Positions 27,067 to 39,427 of a stretch of 64,000 nucleotides of DNA are shown here, in pieces (position 1 is the stretch's first letter; every line of letters starts with the position of its first letter). Origin of the DNA: Camelus dromedarius (lineage: Eukaryota); contig NC_087464.1 in the NCBI RefSeq assembly GCF_036321535.1, positions 17,112,001 to 17,176,000 of the forward strand, written 5' to 3'. A program made the translations under genes and the position numbers. Under the pieces are notes generated by a model that saw only the letters and a list, made by a program, of their open reading frames with translations, made no database searches and was not told the origin of the DNA.

Positions 27067-27659
27067 CTATAAGGAAAGTGAACACAGTATGTTAATTTGA
27101 GCCAACCACACAAGCCCAGAGCAAAATGCAAGCCCTCCTCTTTCCCTAGACAGAGGAGAACACCCAGGGAAAATCTAATGTGTGTTTGGTCTCATTAAAT
27201 GGGCAGCCATGATGAAGTGATTAAAACAGGGTGATATCCCCACAAGGCTGAGAAAAATCCCTTTCCCTCCCATTGAAAAAAAAAATCAGACGGGTGATTG
27301 AAACTCTAGAATAAGCACAATAACTCATCTCTGAAGGCACAAGGCTAAACCCATGTGGAGAGATAATTTTATCAGAAAGCAAGCTACCATGACCTCACCC
27401 TTAGAAAGAATCAAGGAAGTTAACTATAACTGTAATATTTGGCTTTTAAATTTTCCCAGAAGGGCAGCAGTCAATACAGCCATGGGAAAAAGACAAACAC
27501 TTATAAGAAAAAAAAATTTTTTAAAAGGACATGAATAGGCAACTCACAAAAGAAAAATACACAAGCAGTGTATAAATATATGAAAAACTTTTAACCTCAC
27601 CATTAAGAAAAGAAATTCAAATTAAAACAATGATACACTTAGGCGATCAAGGCAATTTA

Positions 27660-27870
27660 GTGGAGAGGTAGAGTGCAAACTCAAGAGTCATATTGCCTGG
27701 GTTTGAATCCCAACCCTGCCTTACTAGCCATGTGACCTCAGAAAAGTTACTTAAACCATGTCTCAGTGTATTCATCTATAAAATAGGGACAATGATAGGA
27801 CCTACCTTACAAAGTTGTCATGAGGAGGAAGAGATAAGTCCTCAATAAATGTTAGCCATCGCTATTACTT
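27660..27870 (+). mobile_element. MIR
   Basis: CCTGGGTTTGAATCCCAACCCTGCCTTACTAGCCATGTGACCTCAGAAAAGTTACTTAAAC...CATCTATAAAATAGGG. Confidence 0.8.
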
Positions 27871-28173
27871 TACCTGGACTCTTACATTATAATACCTGCT
27901 GTGATAGAATATGAAGAAATGGACACTTTCATATAATGCTCACAGGAATAAATACATTGATTCAATCTTTTCAGAAGGCATTTGGCAAAAATACCAAATA
28001 CCTTAGCAATGTAACTATTGTCTGTATTGTCTGGCCCAGCAATTCTAATTCTGGGAATTCTAAGGAAATGAAAAAAAGTAAAAAAAAAAAAAAAAAAAAA
28101 AGTTATGCAGAAGATATACTAATTATTAACTAATTACTCTTCAATAAATAAGACTTTTAAAAAGGCAGTTAGC

Positions 28174-28293
28174 GGGGAAAGGGTATAGCTCAGTGGTAGA
28201 GTGTGTGCCTAGCATGCACAAAGTCCTGGGTTCAATTCCCTGTACCTCCACTAAAGATAAAATAAATAAAAACCTAATTCCCTCCCTCCTCCT
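28174..28293 (+). mobile_element. Camelid SINE with 15-bp TSD
   Basis: Full-length body; TSD AAAAAGGCA(G/A)TTAGC at 28159-28173 and 28294-28308. Confidence 0.92.
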
Positions 28294-29142
28294 AAAAAGG
28301 CAATTAGCTAAGAGATATTCATCACAATACTGATGAAAATTTGAAATGACCTAAAAATCCCTCAACAAGGAAATAATTACATTTAATTGAGCCATATGAA
28401 ATTGCCACTTTATAGGTAAAAAGTGGTCAAAATATGGTCACATAAGTGGTTTAATGTAAATGACTGTATTTCATACAACAAAATACAAAGTGGTTATTTT
28501 AAGTAATGTACAGAAAGATACTTATTGTCGTCAAAATATTCACAATACAACATATAAGAAAGTAAGACATACAACTGAATATGAAGTGTGATCCCAATTT
28601 TTTTCTTTTTTTAATTGTATATATACTTAAGAAAATGGCTGGAAAGATCATAACTTCAGTAGTGGGATAGATGACTTTTATTTTCATTTTGCTTATCTTT
28701 TTCTTCAATGAGTATATATTCGTTGTGTAATGGATATGAAGTTAAAGCAAAGAGAAGGGGTAGCCATTGGATTTTAGAAAGAGCACTGGAGGTTTTTTTT
28801 TTTAAGTGACAGGAAAAAAAAAAAAAAAACTATGGGGAGACCTCTCCCTTTTCCACAAAGACCTGGTTGGACTCTCACCTCTGCCACTTAACTTTGAGTC
28901 TCAGGGTCCTGAGATGGAAAAGAGGGATGAAAAATACATACATCAAAGGGTTACGGTGAGATAGCAAAGAAATCTGCAAACCACAAATTGCCATAAAAAT
29001 GGAAGTCATTCTTTTTCTGCCAGGGAGGCAACTACTCCCACAGACATCTGGAGCTCTAACAGACCACCATCCCTAGAGAGTATTCAGACCTGGGCCTTCT
29101 CAAAATATCTGCCTTAAATCTAAAGGAGAATAGCATCCTTAC

Positions 29143-29246
29143 CCTTTGAGAGCCCACTCTTCTAACCGTGCCGGGTGGTATCCTTGAAGAGGACTCTCAA
29201 AGCAGTGTCCAGGTAACTCACTCTTCCCTGAAGTCCCCAGCCACAT
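29143..29246 (-). CDS. ZNF774: ZNF774 first coding exon (104 nt coding; whole exon 29143-29265)
   Basis: Acceptor GCTTTAG at 29266. ATG ATG at 29249/29246; [35 protein letters not shown]; donor GG|GTAAGG at 29142. Confidence 0.94.
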
Positions 29247-29259
29247 CATTGAGGGTCAT
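29218..29259 (-). other. Overlapping upstream [16 protein letters not shown] (fossil KRAB-A frame)
   Basis: ATG at 29259 is out of frame with the main start; stop TGA at 29220-29218. The peptide resembles the KRAB-A start VTFEDVAVDFTQEE. Confidence 0.75.
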
Positions 29260-30779
29260 CAGTTCCTAAAGCAAGAGATCGCAGTATACATCAGTAGCTC
29301 TCTTGATATTCTCACCATTACCTCAAAACAAAAAGACAGCCACTACGACCACTAGGATACCCAAACAAAACCCACTTGACCTGAAGAGCTCTGAAGTAAA
29401 TGCTGTCAACCACAGAAGGGTTGCTTTTCTTATTCTATTTTTACATAATTTTTCCCTGGGCTAACTTTCTCAACACAAAGCAAGGCCTGGACCTCCCAGA
29501 TACATCTACAGAACCCTCAGTCTTTTGGAGACATTAACTTTTTGAGGAACAAATTGTCTATGATGGACAAGATAAACAGAGCAGAGAGTGTGCAGGTATA
29601 ACTCGATTTTTGGAAAGCTTTGGATTCTCTCCACCTACATCTTTCTTAGCTATAGGAAACTACTTCCTTAGTTATACTCATATTAGTTATGAGAACAGCT
29701 GACTTTTCCTGGCTTGTAGATTTGGTGTCAACCTCAAGGGACATACTATGCAGAAGCCCTAAGGGACCTGCCCCAGTACCATTCTATTTCAAGGTTTAAT
29801 GCAGTCAGAAATGGAACTTAAAAAGAGAAGGTTTTTAGAAAACAACACGGATAAGCTGTAAAATTAAGTGAAATTCAATGCGGATAAGCACAAAAAAATT
29901 TCCTGGGTGTTGAAAACAATCATTAACACATTAATAAAATTGACATCAGTCTCATGAAAAAATTATTTGGGGGGAGAGGGTCAGGTTACTGGATGAATCA
30001 GTAATTTATTCAGCAATCAATATGTTCTAAGGCACTAGGAGTCACAAAGAAATATAAGATAATGTTTGTTTGTTTTCCCACTTTAAGAGTTTCCAATAGA
30101 AACTAACCCAAGTCAGCCAGCTGAACCTGCTACAAAGAATTCTGCATTTCAATGGAGGATGGACCAGATTGTGGTGAGGAAATTTTACTTTCATATCTTT
30201 TGTCTCACCCATCAAAGCACCTGGGTACTACTAGAATACACACACTTTTCATGGAAACATTGATGTATTTACAGACATTGCTATGGGTCACTTATAAAGT
30301 ACTGAGTTTTCAAGAACTTAAAAAGCGTAGGAATACATTTCATCTCTGGCTTAAAATCTTAACGAACAAAGATAATGTTAGGAAGTGAAACCTGTAACGA
30401 GTTTTGAGCATACATTTTATTTCTACATTCATTACAAAACACAAGAGCAGGGCCCACCTTCAGGAGATTGCGGGATGCGGGATGCGGGGCAGGGTAGGGG
30501 TTGAGGGGATAGTTCTTAGCCAGGGTTAGAGAAGCCCGGTTTCCCACCGTCTCTTGTCCCCGTACAGGTGACCTCAAAGGCCCTAGAGAGCTGAGGTGCT
30601 GTGACTAAGTGCCATTGTGGGAAGCACCAGTTTGTTCACTGGGTTTATTAATAGGAACATGACCGCAGAGGTAGGGCCGACAGGCCCTAATCTGGGTGCA
30701 GCGGTCAGAGGGTCGCCGGGGACCACCATCCAAGAGCAAAAAAAAGAAAAAAAAAAAAAAAAAACCCAAAAACCCACAA

Positions 30780-31640
30780 AACATTGATTAAGAGGATGAG
30801 CTATCCCGACGCTGGCAGAGAAAACTGCAGCTACCTCTCCTCACTCGTCAGCAAGACTCGCGGGTTCCGAAAGGCGAGCGCGGGGACCAGGCAGAGACGA
30901 CTTCGGGGCGGCGGGCGAGCCCCATCCATTCCCCTCAGCAGCGACCCGGCTGCAGCCGCAGTCTCCCTCCCCGGATCACTCACCTCCCCGGGCCCAGCCG
31001 GAGATGGAGCACGAAGTGAGTCCTCCACCGCCGGGCCGCACCGGGCCCGCAACGCCTTGGCGGTCCCTCCCAGAACCCGGCCGGGATTCGTGACAGGGCT
31101 GTGGGGACACAGGTGGGACTCTGGGCTCGACAGCCAGCCGCCGGAAAACACCGCCCCCGTCCTCTTTCCATTGGCTTTTCAGTGTCTATGACGAGACATC
31201 TTCCCCGTCCATAGGCTAATAGAGCCTTCAATCACCGCGGAGCCTTTTGGGAAATGTAGTCCTGAGCAAGACCTCAAAGGATTGGGAACCCGCCCACCCC
31301 CCCCACCCCCCCTAGTTCCCAGCGATGACAAGTGCTAAACCCAGTTGCCAAGCTACCTGACCACTGGAACCGCCTCTTCGGAGCTAAGAAGGAGATCCAG
31401 AGACAGTACACCCAGAGAGGGATCTGCAGATGCGAACCTCCGGGCCTCACCTGATTAGCGCGGAGCAGCCTTGTACAAACCACGGCATCTCCCGCGCTTT
31501 GGCACCTAGCGGTTCCAGAGCGCGCAGCATCTCGTCGCGCTGACCCTGCTGTCCAGCCTCCTTCGCCCGGTCCCTGGCCCTACCCCACGGCGGCCAGAGC
31601 CTGAATGGTGTCTGCAGCCGGCCAAGTTCCAGGCCAACTC
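30780..31640 (-). promoter_or_regulatory. ZNF774: ZNF774 CpG island / promoter
   Basis: CpG-rich; GC box at 31151-31159, CCAAT (minus) at 31170-31174, ZNF143/THAP11-type ACTACATTTCCCA (minus) at 31248-31260. Confidence 0.88.
30984..31100 (-). other. ZNF774: ZNF774 non-coding exon 1 (5' boundary approximate)
   Basis: Strong donor GAG|GTGAGT at 30983 inside the CpG island, downstream of the CCAAT and GC boxes. Confidence 0.65.
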
Positions 31641-32899
31641 AGACTGGGCATAACAAACCCCAGTCAGGAGACTTTAGTGGAAAACAGACGTTCTGCTTCC
31701 TTCTTTTAGCAGCACAAAGGCATATCCCCTTTCCAATGATTAACAAATCTGTTAATAATAGCCAGAGGAGGCCTGCAAGGGCATCAAGTACTCTAGGAAA
31801 AGTGGTACTGGAGTCCAAACTGTGGAAACTCCTGGATCTTATGTGAGAGCTAGGGTTCACTTTGGGAGTGAGGGGGTCTGGTTGTGGGGATGCCCTACCT
31901 AAAAAAAATAATAGAAGCCTTTTCTTACAAAGAAAAAAATGCATGTGTACTGTGTTGATTTACTGCAATTTAAAAACAAAAAGGGAAGTACATGTTGTGA
32001 TGGACTGTAAAAACCTCAGAATTACAAGCCAATGAGCTAATGTGGAAGACTCCTTCAACCATTCCTTAAGCAAATATGTATGGTGCATCTTCTAGCAAAT
32101 ATTCACTGGAAATGTTCTGTACCCAAGACTGTTATGGGACTGTGGTTACCCACAGGAATCACACATGATCCTTGTTTTCATGAAACTCACAGCCCAATAG
32201 GGAAGATAAACCATAAAAGACACAAAAATACAAAGTAATGTTTTGTCTTTTCTTCATAGAACCAGGGGCATCTTCATTAGTATTTGCTATGTAATTGTAG
32301 TCATCTGCAAAATAACCACAATAGCAGTTTGGGGAATTCTGTCCACTAAAACAAATGTCTAGTTTTACTTAGCAGGAACAGCAAGGAACAATCTCTAGTT
32401 TTAGGACATTTTCTTAGAGATTTCTGGAACACTTCATGCTACATAGCAACAAGAAAGTCTTGGGCACTCCCTCTGACCCTCCTTCTGCTCAGTTCATCTG
32501 TGGCTGCCCTTGCCACCCTGCTGTGACTCCCTCAAGTTGACATAGGGATGCTCTATGGGTCAGTCTCCTATAACAGTTCAAAAAATAAATAGGCTGCAAT
32601 TTCCTTTATTTCAGCTTTTCTTTCAACCTCTCTGGGGTTTTTACCATGACTCCCCACCTGCCTCCTTGATGATACATTTCCTGGTCTACTTTTAATGGCT
32701 GCCTGGAAGAACATCTATAAGGAACCTCACTTGGCCGTATGTGAGAGGAACCCAACCAACTGTGGTTTAGCCAAATCAGAGGCTATTTTTCTCATGCATC
32801 AAGAGATCAAGAGTGTGCAATATAGGACTCGTACAGGAACTCTGGGATGACCTCAAGGATCCAGGTGTCCTCTGTATGTATGTATGTATGTCTGTATGT

Positions 32900-33445
32900 A
32901 GTGAATATTTGTCATTTGTCTGCCAGCAAATACCCTTCTATGGGAAACAGCAGCTGAGCTGACATTATAAAACAGCACCAGGGGTTCAGATGGGACCTGC
33001 CATCTCATTACATGACCTTCCCTCCATCACAGGGTTCAGATTAGAGGTGGCAATGACCAGCACTGAGGCAGTCACAGAACCAGGCCACCTTGCCCATGAC
33101 GATTTATCAAGGAGCATGCAGGTAACTGAAGCTCCGCCTGTCAGGGACTTTCCCTGGGACTTTTTGAGCTGGAACTAAAGGAAAAAGACCTTTTCCTGTC
33201 TGGAGGTGAACATGGGAAGATGTGAAGCTGCAGGCTTCTGGCAGCCAAGTTTCCCAGCAGCCGAGCTGCAGTCTGAGAGAATGAAGTGCAGGCAGAGACG
33301 GGGGCGGGAGCACAGGCCAGGAGGCAGTCCTGAGAATATTTGAATCTTTGGTCACTAAGGCCAGAAATAACCCTGACTTTTCTTAGGTTTGTTTTATGAG
33401 TCAATAAATATTCTTTTCTTGACTAAGCTAGTTTGAGTGGTAAAG
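32900..33445 (+). mobile_element. MaLR LTR (MLT1K/L-like)
   Basis: GCATGCAGGTAACTGAAGCTCCGCCTGTCAG...TTATGAGTCAATAAATATTC...CTAAGCTAGTTTGAGTGG end. Confidence 0.65.
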
Positions 33446-33520
33446 TTCAGGCACTTGAAATTTTAAAATTTCCCCTAATGCATCATTTCTATTTTTAAAA
33501 AAATATCCAAGAATGTCTAT

Positions 33521-33544
33521 ACACACACACACACATACACACAC
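33521..33544. repeat. (AC)n microsatellite
   Basis: Direct reading of the sequence. Confidence 0.9.
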
Positions 33545-34510
33545 GTATATACACATAAACATAGAAATAGTTTTTGCTCATCTGTATTTTAAATATTCCC
33601 CAATAAACATATTAATTTTTATGCCATATTTTAGAATGACCCATTTAAACTTACTCAGTGAAAAAAGTTCAGATAACTCACATAGAAGGGAATAAAATTA
33701 GAAACAAAATGAGCAACTTTCATCCTAGTTAATAATTTTAAAAATAGCAAAATTATTTTAAGCCCTTTTAAGCCATATCACTACCAGGATAATTAACCAA
33801 TTCAGCTCCTTGGTAGAGTCAAAACAAAGCATCCAATGCCTAGATCTACGTGATAAAAAAGGAGAAGGCAGGGATTATTGCCAATTGGTATAGTAATGAG
33901 GAAGTTTTCTTAAGAAGTCCCTCTTTATAGAAGATTGAGTTTGGCATGTCCTTGTTTGGAGGGAGGCCTGAGATTTCTAGAGGCCCTCACCACCACCTCC
34001 TGCCAAGATCTGGGAACCAACTTCATTTCCTGTCTCTGGTAACTCGACATCCCTAATAAAAGACTTTTCTGTGTACTGTGAACCGTATGAGGAAGGCTTT
34101 GTGACCCTCAGAGGCTAATTTTTGCAAGACAGAAATTCTCTATTTAAAAATGCATGTGGAAATCACATATTCCATCACCATGGGGGAATTTCCTATTTCC
34201 TCTAACAAAACACTCCTTATTTACTTTTATGAGTATACAAGTAATATGCATTCACTCATTTTTGAAAAACTAGAAATGTAGATAAGTAAAAAGAAGAGAG
34301 AAATCCTATCATTCACTAAAAAAACACTGTTAATATTTTACTGCGTGTCTGTGTGTGGATGTGTGCGATAGAAAATTTTGGCAGAAGCTAGAGTTCACAT
34401 TATCTCTGGGGAGGAGGGGAGACTCCTTCCTTTCTTTCCCTACTCCATTTCTTCTCTAGTGTATGGGCACCTGGTATCTTTTCCTTTTTTATTCCAAGGA
34501 GGAGAGAGAT

Positions 34511-34661
34511 TTTGTTTGTTTGTATGTTTGTTTGCTTGTTTGGAGGGGAAGGTAATTAGGTCTACTTATATATTTGTTTAATGGAGGTACTGGGGATTGA
34601 ACCCAGGACCTTGCGCATGCTAAGCACATGATTTACCACTGAGCTATACCCTCTCCTCCCC
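34511..34661 (-). mobile_element. Camelid SINE
   Basis: Full-length body on the minus strand with a (TTTG)n-like tail. Confidence 0.9.
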
Positions 34662-35404
34662 CACAAATTTTTTTTTTTTTTTTTTAAGAGAGAGTAGATT
34701 TTTGATGCAGAGGGGCCTGGGGAGGAGAAGAGAGAAAGACAATTTGGGGAACAGTCTGGCATCTGGCTTATTTCGTCTGCTACCCTACGACAGTAGACTG
34801 AGAAACGGAGAACAGCGGCTGACGGAGACCTTGGTCACTGGCAGTCCTCTTTGGTGGAGCAGCTCTGACTCAGGTCTGCTGCAGATGGGCCAGGGGCGAG
34901 GAGGAGGATGGGGGACATGGGATGAGCAAAACAATGATGCCACGTCTGGGGATTCCAAGAAAAAAAAAAGGAAAGATTTTCCAGATGAGGGTGGGGAGGG
35001 ACACTGAGGGCTTGGAGTCAAGGAGGTGGGATTTAGAGAACGGCTCTCAAACATGAACGTGCATATGAATCACCCGGGGAGTGAGCTTTTTTTTTTTTTT
35101 CTCCAAATTTTCACTTTTAAACACCTTTTATTATTTTGATCACTTTTCCTTCAATGATGTTAACGACAGCGCTCTATTTACAGGGGAGATTTTACTTTAC
35201 ATTCACTTACATGGATGATCCAAAATAAATCCAACAGATTTTTAAACTGTACTACTTGGGGAACAATAAATAACAGATGGCATTTCTTTCCAACATAATG
35301 ATTTAAGCAGTATTTTCTTTTCCTATCCTGTGGGAACAAAAGGAAACAATATATGAACTTTTTAAAGGTTGCAAGCAATGAGCTATATTTGGCTTCATTT
35401 AAAA

Positions 35405-35805
35405 ACCTTTTTGGAGATAAAGTTCATGTAACATAATATTCAAAAAATGTAAATGTACACCTCAGTGGTTTTTAGTATATTCACAATCTTGGGCAACCAT
35501 CTCCACTACCAGATTCCAGAACATTTCTATCACCTCATAAAGAAACCCCTTACTCCCAAGGCCATCCTTCTCCCATTCTCTAAGCAAACACTAATCTGCT
35601 TTCTGTCTTATGGATTTACCTACCATGGACATTTCATATGAATGGAGTTATACAATATGTGGCCTTTTGTGCCTGGCTTCTTTCACCTGACATAATGTTT
35701 TCAAGGCTCGTCCACATCCCAGCATGTATCAGTACTTCATTCCTTTCCATGGCTGCATAATATTCTGTTGTGTGGATATACCATATTTTGTTTATTCACT
35801 CAGCA
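35405..35805 (-). mobile_element. L1MB-type 3' end
   Basis: GTGGTTTTTAGTATATTCACAATCTTGGGCAACCATCTCCACTA...CAGTACTTCATTCCTTTCCATGGCTGCATAATATTC. Confidence 0.85.
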
Positions 35806-36879
35806 GTTGGTGCGGGAGCTTGCATTTTAAATACACATTCTGATTCAGCAGGTCCAGAGTGGGACCTGGGATTCTGCATTTCTAGGAATTTCCCAGGTGT
35901 TGTCTGACACTGCTGGTTCAAGGTTAGCACTTTGAGAAGTGAGGATGTAGACTCTAAAGACTGCACTTTAGAGCATCACAATTTAGGATATTAATATAAA
36001 CACACACCTTGAACATACTGGCTAAACACACTCATACATATATACACTTAAAACAAAAAATGAGAAAAAAGAGTGGAATCATGTTGTTACACTTCTCTTG
36101 TCGAGGCTAATGAGGTATCTATTAATCTTTAGCAAGGAGTTCTGCCTTTGTTAAAGCCTTTAACCATGATCCCATGAAAGAACTTCTGTTTCACAGCCTG
36201 GACTGGACCTCAGCAAACATTTTCAGACACTGATCCCTATAAGTAGCAAATGGTCATGTTAATCATAAGGAATGCTTATTACTGACAATGGAAATATGAG
36301 ATCCCCTGATTTATGAATTTGCTAACTGCTCTTCCTTTCATGGGTCTTTCCCACAGGAGATGGGAGTGCTCTCTTTGTGAGAACATTTCTGGGCTCATGA
36401 TATCAAGGGACATGTCAATACACATCAGCCTAAACAAATTAACATGTTTCATCTAACATGCCACTTAAGTATCAGCAAGAAAGGGAATGAAACTCCCAGT
36501 TAAAGTCTGACATGCTGTCAATTGTAAGGTGCATCCTGATTTCAGTGATGCTAAAAGGTAATAACGTGCATGTCAGGGTCAGTGAAATATGGCAACGTTG
36601 CCATCTGTACCAGACTCCCTTTATGCGCCATTACATTTGCCTTGCTTTCTGGCCAGAATGCTAGCAATGACTCACTCTGTGGTGGCTGCTCCAGGTTCCT
36701 CATGTAACATGAGGACATGAAACAACAGTGCCTGGCCTCATACCAGCATCTGTGCTTCCATCCTCTGCCAGGTGGGTTCCCTATTGCTGCTGATGTGAGA
36801 GACTCAGTGGACCACCTCACAATCCACAGCTGCACGTTGACTCGCCCAGCAGGCCGGCATTTGGCCACAGAGGCTGCCA

Positions 36880-37298
36880 GTGCTGTCTTGGGTTCCAAGC
36901 TTTCTCTGTGGCTGCCAGGTAGGGCTGCTCAACTCATAAGAGAGGAAGAGTTGACACAATGAGGGGCAAACTTTGTCAAGGGGAAGAAGGGCGCCTACAG
37001 ATAAGTGTATCTCTCCTCCTTGCCCCTTCCCCACACCGTGGGCCCCTGCCACAGAGTGCTCAGAGATGCAGAGGCTTTACCTGGCTTCTCAAAGATGTCC
37101 TGTGATTCCCAGGAAGCAATTGTGTTGCAAAAGCATTGGCCAGCACAGTAATGCCTGCTCTTATATTGGCTCCTCCTCTTTCATTTACTCTCCTTTTCCA
37201 CTCACTCCCGCCTCGCTGGGAATATACACTCCCCTGTAAAATGCTGGTGTATAAACTTTGCCTCAGGTCCTGTTTTCTAAGGAACCCAGACTGAAGCG
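36880..37298 (+). mobile_element. ERVL LTR (LTR16-like)
   Basis: 3' end TTTGCCTCAGGTCCTGTTTTCTAAGGAACCCAGACTGAAG is typical of the LTR16 family. Confidence 0.6.
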
Positions 37299-37489
37299 CC
37301 GTCTCAACGTCAGCTGAGGGATGGATTTGGGGAATTTTGTGGGAATAGAGCCATGTACCAATGTGAACAGGGAAAGAAGGAGGGTGTGAAAGAAGAGGAG
37401 AGGTAGCAGAAGCATTCTAGAATTTTCCAAGACATCAGTATCAAGACATAATGATGTTTTACTCACAAAAGATGTTAGGTATAGATGTC

Positions 37490-37744
37490 TTTTTTTTTTT
37501 AATTTTTTGAGGGAGGTAATTAGGTTTATTTGTGCAGTATATTGTGTACGTGTATTTACATGCAATATATTGTATATGTGCAGTCAAATTGTAATGATTC
37601 TACCTAATAAAAATGAAAAATGAAAAAAAAACTGATGTAGGTAATTAAGTTTATTTATTTATTTGATGGAGGTACTGGGGATTGAACCCAGGACCTCGTA
37701 CGTGCTAAGCACACACTCTATCAATTGAGCTATACCCTCTCCCC
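37490..37744 (-). mobile_element. Camelid SINE with a 107-bp insertion in its tail
   Basis: Body at 37640-37744; tail duplicated (AGGTAATTA(G/A)GTTTATTT at 37514-37531 and 37639-37656). Confidence 0.85.
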
Positions 37745-38394
37745 TAGAGATAAATCTCTTTATGCTTAGGTAAACAGCTCCTATCTGCCCTTAGAAGAGA
37801 AGAGTGGGCCCAATATCTGACTTGTTAGAGATTAACAATAGCAATAATAATAATTAATAATAATAATAGTTCCTTTGACCCAGCATTTCCATGTCAGTAG
37901 AAATTTATCCTACAGACACACCTGTGAAAATGCACAAAGTTGTATATACAAGATAATATTATATCATTTGTCATAATGTTTATGTTAACAAAAGACTAGA
38001 AACAACCCCATCAATAGGAGACCAGCTAAATGGATTATAATATCCCCATGTCAGGAAATACTATGCAATCATTAAAAATGAGGCAGATCTAATGTTCTGA
38101 TGTGGAATGCTTTCCAGGATATATTACATGGGGAAAAAAAGCTATGAGCAAACATAATGTGTAGTCTACTAACATTTATATTAAAAATAGGATCCGTATC
38201 CATATTCCTATAATTCACAGACTACCTCTGGAAGGCTACACAAGAAACTGCTAAGAGTGGTTACTTGTGGGAAGGAGAACTGGGGGCCTGTGTCCTGAGG
38301 GATGGAAGTGGGAGTGAGACTTAATTTTCACTGTTCATTTTATTTCTATTTTTTAACCATGTGTATTAGTACCCAATTGCCTAATTTTTTGAGT

Positions 38395-38560
38395 GCTAAG
38401 TGCTTATCTCACTCTATGAAGTGGTAACAATTATTATCCTCATTTTACAAGGAGGAAACTGAGGTGTAAGAGATAAGAGATAAAGTGACTTGCCCAAGGT
38501 CGCACAGCTAAAGCTGCTGAGCCAGGATTCAAAACCAAATCTAACTCCAAAATCTAGGAG
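38395..38560 (-). mobile_element. MIR
   Basis: CCTCATTTTACAAGGAGGAAACTGAGG...TGACTTGCCCAAGGTCGCACAGCTA...GCCAGGATTCAAAACC. Confidence 0.8.
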
Positions 38561-39427
38561 GCACAACTCATCCTGACTTGCCTGGAATTTTCCCAGTTTT
38601 AGCAGAGAATATCCCACATCCTGGAAAACCCTGTAAAACTATCCTGGTTTTAAAACTGAAAGCCCAGATCTTGGAAACTCCCTCAGACCTGGACAAACTG
38701 GGATAGTTTGTCACACACCAAAACCCCAGATCTTGGCTACTTGGCTCTGCTACCTCCCTGATGAACTAACATGTTCCATCAGATCCAGCACTTACAGGGC
38801 CTATAAACTTGTAGTTACACCTGTGGACGCCCTTTAAGGCCACTCCCCCTCAAGGCCACGCCCTCCTTCTCTGAGAAATCCCCTCCCTACTAGACTGGGT
38901 CCCACGAGTCAGTTTTGCACCACACAATCGCCCTTTTCACTTGACAGGTTGTTGAATGGGAGAGGAGATTTGGTCTAGCTCAAAAACTCAGTGGCCACAG
39001 TCGAATTCTCTCTACCAGAAATACAAACCCAGGACTTACAAGACTCCTACCCAAAGGTGCGAGACCTGTGAGAATTTTTAAACTTCTTGGAACTAGTTGC
39101 CATCATTTTAAATTGGGATATTTCATGAATATCTTGAAAACTTAGGAGATAAGGTATCACTGGGCTGACACTGGCCTTGACTAGCACTGAGCAGTGGGCT
39201 GCCCCCCGCAGGTGGGATGAACCCTCCTCTTCTCCAGTCCTCACTCTTCCCAGATGTCTTCCCCTGGCCCCCCTCACCATTTCATGTTACTGCATGGCTC
39301 TTATGAGCATTTGCTTTTTTCACCTTTATACATGTTGTTCTGTAACTCTCTTTTTTCACTTAAAAACATAACACAGCATCCTGCTATGCAAATCTGTACT
39401 GATCTACCTTATCCTTCTTCATAGGTA

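Noticed and set aside
29481-29497. SCAN-like 17-mer in ZNF774 intron 1 (minus GGGAGGTCCAGGCCTTG; frame WEVQALL vs REIQAWL)
   Set aside because: It would fit a lost SCAN exon, but the flanks are AT-rich with stops and no other SCAN motif. Treated as probable chance unless a frameshift-aware PF02023 search says otherwise.
30784-31231. ORFs of 83-135 aa across the ZNF774 CpG island
   Set aside because: GC-rich artefacts with no domain.
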